A stretch of 64,000 nucleotides of DNA from an uncultured delta proteobacterium (lineage in GTDB: Bacteria; Myxococcota_A; Polyangia; Fen-1088): assembly GCA_963755125.1 (NCBI GenBank), contig CAVWIP010000018.1, forward strand, positions 1 through 64,000, read 5' to 3'. A program made the position numbers and the translations under genes. Positions 51,767-60,984 of the stretch are shown here, piece after piece; position 1 is the stretch's first letter, and each line of letters opens with the position of its first letter. The notes beneath the pieces are model-generated. The model made no database searches and had not been told where the DNA came from. It saw only the letters and a program-made list of their open reading frames with translations.

Positions 51767-54700
51767 GTGGAGTCCCATCCCCAGACCTACGGCGATCGTT
51801 TTCGTATCGACGGCGATCCGATCGAGGGCGGCATGGGCCTGGTCTATCGCGCAGAGGATTTGAAGACCGGCGAGTATGTCGCGCTGAAGGTAGTGGCCGA
51901 GCCTCGGGGCACACAGTCCCTGCGCTTCCAGCAGGAAGCCGTCGTGCTGGCCGGCATCGCTCACCCGGCGATCGTGCGCTACCTGGCCCACGGCTCCACC
52001 GCCGACGGCGAGCAGTACATGGCGATGGAGTGGCTGGAGGGCGAAACCCTGGAGGACCGCGTGGCGCGCGGGCCGCTGCGCATCTCCGAGACCTTGCAGC
52101 TCGGTCGCCGCGTGGCCGAGGCCCTGGCCGTGGCGCACAGGCACGGCGTCGTCCACCGCGACATCAAGCCGGCCAACATTTTTCTGCCTGCCGGCGATCC
52201 ATGCCAGGCCAAGGTGCTGGACTTCGGCATCGCGCGCCGCCTGTTCGATCCGGAGCAACGCATGCGCATCACCAGCGTCGGCGCCGCGCTGGGCACTCCG
52301 CTGTACATGGCGCCCGAGCAGGCACGCGGGGCCAGCAACGTCGACGGACGCGCCGACATCTTCGCCCTGGGCTGCGTGCTCTTCGAATGCCTCACCGGCC
52401 AGCCACCCTTTGCCGGCACTTCGCCCACCGCGATCATGGCCAAGATCTGCCTGGACGATCCGGTGGATCTGGCCCGCCGACGGCCGGAAACTCCGGCCGA
52501 TCTGGTCGCGCTGATCGCGTGCATGCTGGCCAAGAATCCCGACCAGCGTCCGGCGAAGGCCGACGAGGTCGCGCGCGCGCTGGCTGCCACTGCGGCCGAG
52601 TTCGTCGACCGCGACAGCGACCTTGCCGCAATCTACCGGACCCGCACGCCGACTCCGGCGCTGGTCGCCACTGGCGAGCAGCGTATCCTGGCCGCCATCC
52701 TGGTTTCGCGACCGCGCTCCGGCGCAGTCACGCGTGTCGTACACGATCCGGGCCGGACCGCTGACCTGGCCGGTATCCTGTCTGAACGACTCGCCAACCC
52801 CGAACTGGGCGAAGCGGGCCTGGGAGATCTGCAGAGTGCCATCGCGCCCCTCGGTGCGCGCGTCGAGCGACTGGGTGGCGGTTCGCTGGTCATTGCCCTG
52901 ACCGGCGAGCAGCAGGGCACGCCGCTCGACCAAGCCACGCAGGCCGCGCGCTGTGCCCTGCGCCTGAAGGCCGCGCTGCCTGACGCCAGCCTGGGCATCA
53001 GCACCAGCCGCACTGACATGGCCGGCAAGCTTTCCCTGGGCGACGTCATCGATCAGGCCGGGCACCTGCTCGCCACCACCCCGGCCGGCACCATCCACAT
53101 CGACAATGTCACCGCCCATCTGCTGGAAAACCGCTTCGAGATCCAGGCGCTGGCCGACGGCACCTCGCGCCTGCTGTTCGAGAAGGGAATTCGCGAAGCC
53201 CCGCGCACCCTGATGGGCAAGGCCGTTCCGTGCTTCGGCCGGGATCGCGAAGTCGACCTTCTGGAAGCTCTGTGGGATGAAGCGTGCGACGAGCCCGCCG
53301 CGCGCGTGATGCTGATGGCCTCGGCAGCGGGCGGGGGCAAGTCGCGCGTGCGCCACGAATTCTGCGACCGCATCCAGCGTCGCAGTCGCGCGTATGCGAT
53401 GCTGGTTGGTCGCGGCGATCCCATGCGCGACGCCGCGCCTTTTGCCTTGCTGGGCTCCGCGTTGCTCGCGGCCGCTGGCATCACCGGCGCTGAGCCCGAG
53501 GCTGTGCAGCGCAAGCGCCTGACTGCGCACGCCTCGCGCTTCTTGCCCGCCAAGGATGCCTTGCGAATCGCGGCGTTTCTGGGCGAGATGGCCAACCTGC
53601 CTTTCCCCGACGAGGATCTGCCACCCCTGCGCGCGGCCCGGCAGGATCCGCGCTTGATGGCCGACCAGACGCTCATGGCCTGGCTCGACTGGCTGGAAGC
53701 CGAGTGCAGTCATCATCCGGTACTGCTGGTGCTGGAGGATCTGCACTGGGGCGACTCGCCCAGCGTGAACTTCGTGGACGCGGCCCTGCGCGTACACAAC
53801 GAGAAGCCGTTCATGGTGCTGGCCCTGGCGCGGCCCGAGGTGGACCGGCGCTTTCCGGGCCTGTGGAAAGAACGCAACCCGCAGCGGATCAACCTGACGC
53901 CGCTGTCGCCCAAGTCAACCCAACGCATGATCGAGCATGTGGTGGGCAAGATTTCCGAAGAAAGCGCGCGCTGGATCGCGGAGCGGGCACAGGGCAATCC
54001 GTTTTACCTTGAGGAATTGCTGCGCGTGGTGGCCGACGGGGGCAAGGTCGGCGACGACAGCAACCTGCCCGACACGGTGCTGGGCATGGTGCAGGCGCGC
54101 TTCGACATCTTTGGCCCGGACGCCAAGCTGGTCCTGCGCGCGGGCAGCATCTTTGGCCAGACCTTTCGGCCCGTAGGGGTCAAGGCCCTGGTCGACGAGG
54201 ATCGGCGCAAGGACGTGGACCGCTGGCTGGAGATCCTGACCAAGCGAGAGATTCTGTTTTCGCGACCGACCGCGGATCTGCGCGAGTACGCGTTCCGCCA
54301 CGCGCTGTTGCGCCAGGCAGCCTACGAGATGCTGCCACCGACGGAGAAACGGCTGGGCCACCTGCTGGCTGGCGAGTACCTGGAGCAGGCTGGTGAGCGC
54401 CAGGGCATCGTGCTGGCCGACCACTTCGAGCGCGCCGGTGAGAAGCCACGCGCGATTCGCTGGCTGGGCGTGGCAGCCCAGCAGGCGCTCGACGCGGATG
54501 ACTTGGCGGAAGCCGTCGGCCGCGTCGAACGTGCCGTGAATCTGGGCGCTGCGGGTGAGGAATTGTGTTCGATGCGGGTGATCGAGTCGCAGGCGAGGTT
54601 CTGGCGAGGGCAATACCTGGAGGCGGAGCAAGCGGCTCGGGAGGCGCTCGCCTCCAGTGAGGACCGGACCAAACTGGACGCCCTGAGCGCGCTCTTCGAT

Positions 54701-55714
54701 GCGCTTGGCCCACAGGTCAAGTACGACGAGATCGCCGCGCTATTCCGCGACCTCGAGCGACCAGAAGCACCTGAATTGCTGAATGCCTGGCTCGACTGCT
54801 TCGTGAGCGCGGCTGGTTACCTCACCTACGCTGGCGACAACGAGATCCGTCACCAAACCTTGACGCTGCTGGAGGAGTCACGAGACCAGCTGGAGCCGAT
54901 CATGCTGGGACGGGCAGAGGGCCTGAGGTCGCACATCGCGAGAAGCCAGGGCAATCCAGCCGAATCTCTCGCGGCAGCCAAACGCGCCGCTGACTACTTC
55001 GAGAGCATCGGCCACCGGCGCGCCGCTTGCGAGGCTCTTGCGAACGTCGGCGTGAGCCTGCTCGAGCTCGGCCGACTGGAAGAAGCCGAGGCCTGCATCC
55101 AGCAGATCATGGCCACGGCGCGAAAGATGGACCTCAAGTACATGCTTGGGGGCAGCCTGCAAGCCCTGACCAACATCCTTGCCTACAAGGGATCTTTTGC
55201 CGAGGCACGCGCTGTCGGCCAGGAGGGCATCGCCGTCAACCGCACGCAGAATGATCGACGCTTCCAGGGATGCGCGGAGGCGTATCTCTCGGTGACGGAA
55301 TACCTGGCGGGCGATTACGCACGCGCCGAGCAGTACGCGCGCGCAGCCCTGACCACATGGGAGACCGTGCACGCAGTTTTGCCCTTCGCGCGCGCCTTAC
55401 TGGCTCGCGCCCTGCTGGCGCAGGGCCACAAGGCCGAGGCGCTGTCGACCGCGCGCGATGCGTATGCCGAGTTCGAGAGGATAGGCATCGTGGACGACGG
55501 CGAGGCAACCATCCGTCTGGCGTTGGCCGAGTGTTTGCTCGTTTCCGGCGATCGCCTGGCCGCGAAGGAGGTTTTGGCCGCGGCGACAAGACAGGTCCAC
55601 GCCTGGGCAGCCACCATCGAAGATTTCGCCGGTCGCCAGGCGTACCTGACCCGCATCCCGGAGCACCGCCGCATCCTGGAACTTGCACAAGAACTGGCCG
55701 GGGACAAGAGCTGA
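51767..55714 (+). CDS. Kinase-ATPase-TPR paralogue 3
   Basis: Same motifs as paralogue 1; intact 1315-aa ORF. Confidence 0.93.
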   Translation: MESHPQTYGDRFRIDGDPIEGGMGLVYRAEDLKTGEYVALKVVAEPRGTQSLRFQQEAVVLAGIAHPAIVRYLAHGSTADGEQYMAMEWLEGETLEDRVARGPLRISETLQLGRRVAEALAVAHRHGVVHRDIKPANIFLPAGDPCQAKVLDFGIARRLFDPEQRMRITSVGAALGTPLYMAPEQARGASNVDGRADIFALGCVLFECLTGQPPFAGTSPTAIMAKICLDDPVDLARRRPETPADLVALIACMLAKNPDQRPAKADEVARALAATAAEFVDRDSDLAAIYRTRTPTPALVATGEQRILAAILVSRPRSGAVTRVVHDPGRTADLAGILSERLANPELGEAGLGDLQSAIAPLGARVERLGGGSLVIALTGEQQGTPLDQATQAARCALRLKAALPDASLGISTSRTDMAGKLSLGDVIDQAGHLLATTPAGTIHIDNVTAHLLENRFEIQALADGTSRLLFEKGIREAPRTLMGKAVPCFGRDREVDLLEALWDEACDEPAARVMLMASAAGGGKSRVRHEFCDRIQRRSRAYAMLVGRGDPMRDAAPFALLGSALLAAAGITGAEPEAVQRKRLTAHASRFLPAKDALRIAAFLGEMANLPFPDEDLPPLRAARQDPRLMADQTLMAWLDWLEAECSHHPVLLVLEDLHWGDSPSVNFVDAALRVHNEKPFMVLALARPEVDRRFPGLWKERNPQRINLTPLSPKSTQRMIEHVVGKISEESARWIAERAQGNPFYLEELLRVVADGGKVGDDSNLPDTVLGMVQARFDIFGPDAKLVLRAGSIFGQTFRPVGVKALVDEDRRKDVDRWLEILTKREILFSRPTADLREYAFRHALLRQAAYEMLPPTEKRLGHLLAGEYLEQAGERQGIVLADHFERAGEKPRAIRWLGVAAQQALDADDLAEAVGRVERAVNLGAAGEELCSMRVIESQARFWRGQYLEAEQAAREALASSEDRTKLDALSALFDALGPQVKYDEIAALFRDLERPEAPELLNAWLDCFVSAAGYLTYAGDNEIRHQTLTLLEESRDQLEPIMLGRAEGLRSHIARSQGNPAESLAAAKRAADYFESIGHRRAACEALANVGVSLLELGRLEEAEACIQQIMATARKMDLKYMLGGSLQALTNILAYKGSFAEARAVGQEGIAVNRTQNDRRFQGCAEAYLSVTEYLAGDYARAEQYARAALTTWETVHAVLPFARALLARALLAQGHKAEALSTARDAYAEFERIGIVDDGEATIRLALAECLLVSGDRLAAKEVLAAATRQVHAWAATIEDFAGRQAYLTRIPEHRRILELAQELAGDKS

Positions 55715-55900
55715 CCCCGGAACGCAGAACGCAGCCGGCCGGCCCCCGCTTGTCTCGGTTGCTGGCGGTGCTATTGTGCGTCCAGACATTCCAGTGTCGC
55801 CGCGGATCTCAACCACAGCGAAGACGGGACGCGCGATTCCGCCTTGCAAAAACGCGTCAGTGGCAGGTTGCCCTGATGCCTCCGCTGCCGTGGGCGGGAC

Positions 55901-57922
55901 ATGGGCCAGAGGATAGGCGCGACCAATCCGCGCGGGCGTTTCTGCGGAAGCGCTTCCTTGGCCTCAGACGCAGTGGATCTCCTCCTGCTCAACGCCTCGA
56001 ATCTGCCTGACAAGACCGTATACCCCTACGCGTTCGTGCAAGTCTCGGCGCTGGCACGCCACTTCGGTCTCAAAGTCGCACGCTTCGACTTTGTCCGACT
56101 CAATCGACAACAGATCCGCTACCACCTGACTGATCTCATCCGACGGCGTCGGCCACGCATGATCGGTTTGCACCTGCGGCAGGCGGACTCGGTCGTGGAA
56201 TCGGACTATCCGCCGCCACCTTTCGGCGATCCGTCAAAGTACTACCTGCCTGTCGATGACACCCGCGCGCTGGTGGGCGAAATCCGCCGGCTGACCCAAG
56301 CCCCCATCGTGGCCGGCGGCTTTGGCTTCTCTTCCCACCCGCTGCAAACCGCCGCACGCCTTCAGGTGGATTTCGGGATCCAGGGCGAACCTGACGGATT
56401 CTTCGCGCGTTTCGCTGACGTGCTGGCCCGCCGCCATCTGGACCAAGTGCCCAACTTGGTCTACCGCCGGGGTCGCACCTTCCACGCCAACCCGCGCGTC
56501 TTCTATCCCCCGTTCGATGGACCGGAATATACGGATGAGATGGTGGACGAGCTGATTCGTTTCTACGGGGAGCGTGCACTGCTTGAGGGCACCATGGATA
56601 CCGTTGCGGTGGAGATCGCGCGCGGCTGTCCCTTTCGCTGCTACTTCTGTAACGAGCCGGCGGTGAAGGGCCGCCACGTTCAGTACCGGAACTGGTCCGC
56701 GGTGGAGGCAGATCTGGCGACGCTGGCATCCCGCGGGATCCACAACGTGTGGTTCGTCTGCTCTGAGATCAACATCCACCCCCGACGGGCGCGGACGATT
56801 GCCCGTCGGATGCGCGCCCTGAACGCTGGCCGCGACGGGAACACGCGCGTTCGCTGGCGCTCATACAGCATCCCGCGCATGGATCCGGCCCACCTGCGCG
56901 CCATGCTGTCGGCCGGCTTCCAGCCGGGCTGGAACGACTTCCCGTCCTTCGACGACACCAACTTGGCTCGTTGTCAGGTGCCTTTCCGAACGCGCTCCGC
57001 CCTCGACTACTACCGGCGCTACCTCGACTGGGCCGACCGACAGCCCGACCCGCCCGCTGACCGTCAAACCTTCTCTCTCTTTCTTGGCAACGCCTTTGCC
57101 ACGGCACGCACCATCAGCACCACCTTGCGCCGGGTCGACGCCCTCAGCCTGCAGGCCAGACACGAACAGGCAGCGGTCAGCACCGCCACGCGCGTCTTTC
57201 GCGTCGACGGCAGGTACACCTGCGGCGACGAGCGCTCGCTGTCTACGCTCGGACGTGGCGGCAGGATCCCACTCGACGTTGTCGGCCCCACCTTTCATTT
57301 CGCACCAGCTTTGGTCCGCCAGCTAGGCAGTGAGCAGGCAGTGCGCGATTTTCTCGCCTACGTGGGCTCGACCTTCCTGTCGAGCGAGCATCTGCACAAA
57401 CGCAACTGGCCCGAGTTTCTCTCCGCGAACGTCTCTTCTCCCGGTCTGCTAGCCCTCGTGCGCACCGCCCGGCAGGCACGAACGGTGGGACCGGTGCAGG
57501 TGGACGCCGACGATGAGCAACTGGCCTATGAGATCCGACGCTCGCTCGCGACGCTGTGGAAGAAACTCGATGAGACGGCAGTGCGACGCCTCTTCTCGCC
57601 CGGAGCGGAGAAGAGACTCTACGGTCATGTGGTCAATGGGGTGCTGATCCAACTCATGCGGCCCAACGCCCGCGCCTTTGCTCGCATCCTTCGCACCCTG
57701 CGCATTCCACACGATCGGGATGGCTTCTACGACTTGTCCGAATACCGCGTGGCCCGCATCTTGTACCACCATTCTGACAGCAACGAGGATCTCGTGGCCG
57801 AGATGTGTCGCTTGCACGATTTGCGGGTGGACTCGCTCGACCTCCTGCAACTACAGCACTTTCTGTTCGAGAACAACGTGCAGATCCGGCCCGAGTACCG
57901 CCCGCTGCTGTTCGCCAAGTAG
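55901..57922 (+). CDS. Cobalamin-binding radical SAM enzyme, TsrM-like, with a long C-terminal extension
   Basis: RGCPFRCYFC (CxxxCxxC) followed by NEPAVKG and CSEIN. N-terminal B12-binding-type motifs VYPYA, IGLHLRQAD, PIVAGGFGFS, FGIQGE. Confidence 0.8.
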   Translation: MGQRIGATNPRGRFCGSASLASDAVDLLLLNASNLPDKTVYPYAFVQVSALARHFGLKVARFDFVRLNRQQIRYHLTDLIRRRRPRMIGLHLRQADSVVESDYPPPPFGDPSKYYLPVDDTRALVGEIRRLTQAPIVAGGFGFSSHPLQTAARLQVDFGIQGEPDGFFARFADVLARRHLDQVPNLVYRRGRTFHANPRVFYPPFDGPEYTDEMVDELIRFYGERALLEGTMDTVAVEIARGCPFRCYFCNEPAVKGRHVQYRNWSAVEADLATLASRGIHNVWFVCSEINIHPRRARTIARRMRALNAGRDGNTRVRWRSYSIPRMDPAHLRAMLSAGFQPGWNDFPSFDDTNLARCQVPFRTRSALDYYRRYLDWADRQPDPPADRQTFSLFLGNAFATARTISTTLRRVDALSLQARHEQAAVSTATRVFRVDGRYTCGDERSLSTLGRGGRIPLDVVGPTFHFAPALVRQLGSEQAVRDFLAYVGSTFLSSEHLHKRNWPEFLSANVSSPGLLALVRTARQARTVGPVQVDADDEQLAYEIRRSLATLWKKLDETAVRRLFSPGAEKRLYGHVVNGVLIQLMRPNARAFARILRTLRIPHDRDGFYDLSEYRVARILYHHSDSNEDLVAEMCRLHDLRVDSLDLLQLQHFLFENNVQIRPEYRPLLFAK

Positions 57923-58092
57923 GCATTTCCTCATCAGGCTTGGCGGCAGAATGGCATCGCGCCGCGCGCATATGTGCCTGCAATATTTGTTCGCCTCCCC
58001 CATCGCAGCCGGATTGTGACAAAGTCTGACTACAATCAGACAGAGGCACCGCCCGGCTCGCAACCTGACCAGAAACATGGTTTAATTGGTTG

Positions 58093-58356
58093 ATGAAGCC
58101 GGTCAACATCCAGCAGGCAAAGACCCACCTTTCGCGCTACCTAAAACGCGTCAAGAATGGGGAATCACTCGTGATTTGTGACCGGAATGTCCCTGTGGCG
58201 GAGCTCCGACCGCTGACTGAACCCGCCAAGCCAGGGCGACCCTTGGGGGCTCTGCGTGGTGCTGTCTTGCACATGGCGGACACCTTCAACGAGCCGCTGC
58301 CAGCAGAGGACTTGGCCGCATTCACGGCTGGCGATGTGGGGGACGAGAAGGCGTGA
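58093..58356 (+). CDS. Phd/YefM-family antitoxin
   Basis: VNIQQAKTHLSRYL..GE..I..PVAEL motif. Confidence 0.9.
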   Translation: MKPVNIQQAKTHLSRYLKRVKNGESLVICDRNVPVAELRPLTEPAKPGRPLGALRGAVLHMADTFNEPLPAEDLAAFTAGDVGDEKA

Positions 58357-58742
58357 GGCTCCTGCTCGACACTTGCACTTTTCTGTGGGCAGCGGATGCG
58401 CCCGAGAAGCTGAGCGAGCCGGCGCGTGAAGCCCTTGCTGCGCCGGAGAACGCCGTTTTGTTATCACCGATTTCTGCTTGGGAGATTCAGCTCAAGTCTC
58501 GCAAGCTGGGACAACTCCGGCTCGATCGTCCGCCCGGCGCCTTCGTGCGCGAGGCCATGGCGCGGCTCGGGCTGGAAGAAGCGCCTCTCGGCTGCCAGGC
58601 GCTCGCGTTCCTCGAGCGGCTGCCGGACTTTCATGCCGATCCCTTTGACCGTGCGCTCATCTGCCAGGCCATCCACGAAGACTGCGTGTTGGTGACACCT
58701 GACTCGCACATTCAGCGTTACCCGGTGCGGGTTCTCTGGTAG
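58353..58742 (+). CDS. vapC: VapC PIN-domain toxin
   Basis: LLLDT, SAWEI and HADPFDRALICQA motifs; GTGA overlap. Confidence 0.92.
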   Translation: MRLLLDTCTFLWAADAPEKLSEPAREALAAPENAVLLSPISAWEIQLKSRKLGQLRLDRPPGAFVREAMARLGLEEAPLGCQALAFLERLPDFHADPFDRALICQAIHEDCVLVTPDSHIQRYPVRVLW

Positions 58743-58855
58743 CGCGCTACCTGCCGTACTTGTCAACGTCCAAGCCGCGTAGACAGCGCGCCCCCTCCGA
58801 CCAGGTTCAAGGCATCGCCACACAACTTTCTCGGCCGGCGTCCGACAACCATGGC

Positions 58856-59410
58856 ATGACAAAGCGTCGCCGGTTCCGTTCCAGTTTCATTCCATTCCGC
58901 AGGCGCAGGTCGTCGGCCACAGCCATCGAGACGGCCCCCTGGCCAATGGCCCCACGGCGCATCGTTGCCGTGACCCTGGCCGACGAGCTGGCCGGGGCGG
59001 TTTCGGCCGACGCGACCCAACGCCAGGACCTGGTCGACGCCGCGCTCAGTATCGGGCAATGGCTTGCCGATCGAGGCTATCCCGGCCGCTGGGACAAGGC
59101 TGAACCTGCCGCGATTCTGCGCTGCCTGGATTTTCTGCCCAACGACGAGCGCGAGCGCTTCCTGTTCTCGTTCGTCGGCCTGCTCGGGCACGGAGCGCTG
59201 ACCGGCCAGATCCCCGCCTTGCCGGCCAAGCAGTCGATCGACGAGATCTCAAACCTGACCAGCACGGATACGGTACGAGCCTTTGCCCGCACCACCGCCG
59301 CGCAGTTGCAGCCCCTGCCTTCGCGAATCAGACCCCAGGAACATTGGTCAGCATCTCTAGCATCTGCGCCGCGCGCCGGTCGCCGGGATCGAGCGCGACA
59401 CAATGCTTGA
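58856..59410 (+). CDS. Hypothetical protein
   Basis: Plausible codon usage; 3' end overlaps the convergent TPR gene. Confidence 0.45.
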   Translation: MTKRRRFRSSFIPFRRRRSSATAIETAPWPMAPRRIVAVTLADELAGAVSADATQRQDLVDAALSIGQWLADRGYPGRWDKAEPAAILRCLDFLPNDERERFLFSFVGLLGHGALTGQIPALPAKQSIDEISNLTSTDTVRAFARTTAAQLQPLPSRIRPQEHWSASLASAPRAGRRDRARHNA

Positions 59411-60086
59411 AGACCTCGGTGGCCTCCGGAATCTTGTTCGATTCATAGTAGGCCATGCCCAGGTGATAGAACGCCGCCTCGTCCTCCGGGCAGTTCTCCA
59501 CCACTAGCTTGAAATTGGCGATGGCCTTGTCGTACTGACCTAGCGACGCAAAATTCACGCCCAGGTGATAGTTGGCAACCTTGGCCGCCGGGTTGAGCTC
59601 AACCACGCGCAAGAAGGACTCGATGGCCTTCTGCTGCCGCCCCAGGTGATAGTTGGCGATGCCGAGCCAGTAGTGAGCCGCTGCATAGTCGGGGCTCAAC
59701 TTCAGGCATCGCTCCATCGTCGCGATGGTCTTGTGGATCTGGCCGCCGCGATAATAGGTGAGCGCCAGGTCGTAAAGCGCTTCGGGGAAGTTCGGCTTGA
59801 GCGCGATGGCTTCCTCAAGGTACTTGGTCGCCGACCCGATGTCGCCGAGGCGATAGTAGAGAATGCCCAGACCGCACAGAACGTGGGCATCGCGCAGCCC
59901 CAAATCGTAGGCCTTCAACAGGGTCGCGATGGCAGGCCCCACCGGGCCGCCCTCCATGCGCCCTTCCATGGCCTTTCTCGCGAGCAGGTACTGGTCAGGG
60001 ATGTCCTTGGTTGCCGGAATACCGCAACGCGGACAGAAGCGAAAGTCAGGCGCAAGCGCGTACTTGCACTGGATACACGGTGTCAT
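59328..60086 (-). CDS. Zinc-ribbon plus TPR protein
   Basis: GGAGG RBS; CIQC..FCPRCG; several canonical TPRs. Confidence 0.88.
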   Translation of the reverse strand: MTPCIQCKYALAPDFRFCPRCGIPATKDIPDQYLLARKAMEGRMEGGPVGPAIATLLKAYDLGLRDAHVLCGLGILYYRLGDIGSATKYLEEAIALKPNFPEALYDLALTYYRGGQIHKTIATMERCLKLSPDYAAAHYWLGIANYHLGRQQKAIESFLRVVELNPAAKVANYHLGVNFASLGQYDKAIANFKLVVENCPEDEAAFYHLGMAYYESNKIPEATEVFKHCVALDPGDRRAAQMLEMLTNVPGV

Positions 60087-60208
60087 GGGGCCTCCCTGTT
60101 CGTTTGGATGCGTCGGGGCTTGCAGCTTATCAGTTAGATGTTCGTGGACAGGCACAGTCTCACGCATTTCCGCAATTTCTGCATCCTCGCACCGCCGGGT
60201 CGTACCAG

Positions 60209-60982
60209 CTAGCCCGCATCCGTGGTGGCCGCCCGCGGCCGGGCCAAAAAGACGGCGCCGATGAGGTCGCGGTTGAGTCGGCCGATGAAGTCGGGCGACA
60301 CGTTCTTGGGACAGACGGCCGCGCACTCGAGGAAGTTGGTGCAACCGCCAAAGCCCTCGGCGTCCATGGCCGCCACCATGGCGTGCACGCGCGACCAGCG
60401 CTCGGGCTGACCCTGGGGCAGAAGTCCCAGGTGCGATACCTTGGCACCCACGAACAGCATGGCCGAGGCATTGGGGCAGGCGGCGACGCACGCGCCGCAC
60501 CCGATGCAGGCGGCCGCGTCCATGGCCGCGTCTGCCGCGCCCTTGGAAACCAGGATGGCATTGCCGTCAGGCGCGCTGCCAGTGGGCGAAGTGATGAAGC
60601 CACCGGCCGCGATCGCGCGATCGAAGGCGCTGCGGTCGACCATGAGATCGCGAATCACGGGAAAGGCGCGCGCGCGGAAAGGCTCGATGACAATGACCTG
60701 GCCGTCGCGGAAATGGCGCATGTGAAGCTGGCAGGTCGTGGTCCCTGGTTGCGGGCCATGGGGAACGCCGTTGATGACCACGCCACAAGAGCCGCAGATT
60801 CCTTCGCGGCAGTCGTGGTCGAAGGTGATGGGCGACTGGCCGGCGACGGTCAGGCGTTCGTTGACCACGTCGAGCATCTCCAGGAAGGACATGTCGGGGC
60901 TGATGTCCTTGGCCTCGATCCTCTGCATGTGGCCGCGCGCGCGCGCGTTCTCTTGCCGCCAGACCATCAGCACGAGATTCAT
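60209..60982 (-). CDS. sdhB: Succinate dehydrogenase/fumarate reductase Fe-S subunit
   Basis: [23 protein letters not shown] and GGCTN..C..VCP motifs. Confidence 0.96.
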   Translation of the reverse strand: MNLVLMVWRQENARARGHMQRIEAKDISPDMSFLEMLDVVNERLTVAGQSPITFDHDCREGICGSCGVVINGVPHGPQPGTTTCQLHMRHFRDGQVIVIEPFRARAFPVIRDLMVDRSAFDRAIAAGGFITSPTGSAPDGNAILVSKGAADAAMDAAACIGCGACVAACPNASAMLFVGAKVSHLGLLPQGQPERWSRVHAMVAAMDAEGFGGCTNFLECAAVCPKNVSPDFIGRLNRDLIGAVFLARPRAATTDAG

Positions 60983-60984
60983 GG

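Noticed and set aside
50310..55508. Diversity-generating retroelement TR/VR pair
   Set aside because: Both copies are coding and nearly identical, without adenine-specific mismatches, and no reverse transcriptase is present.
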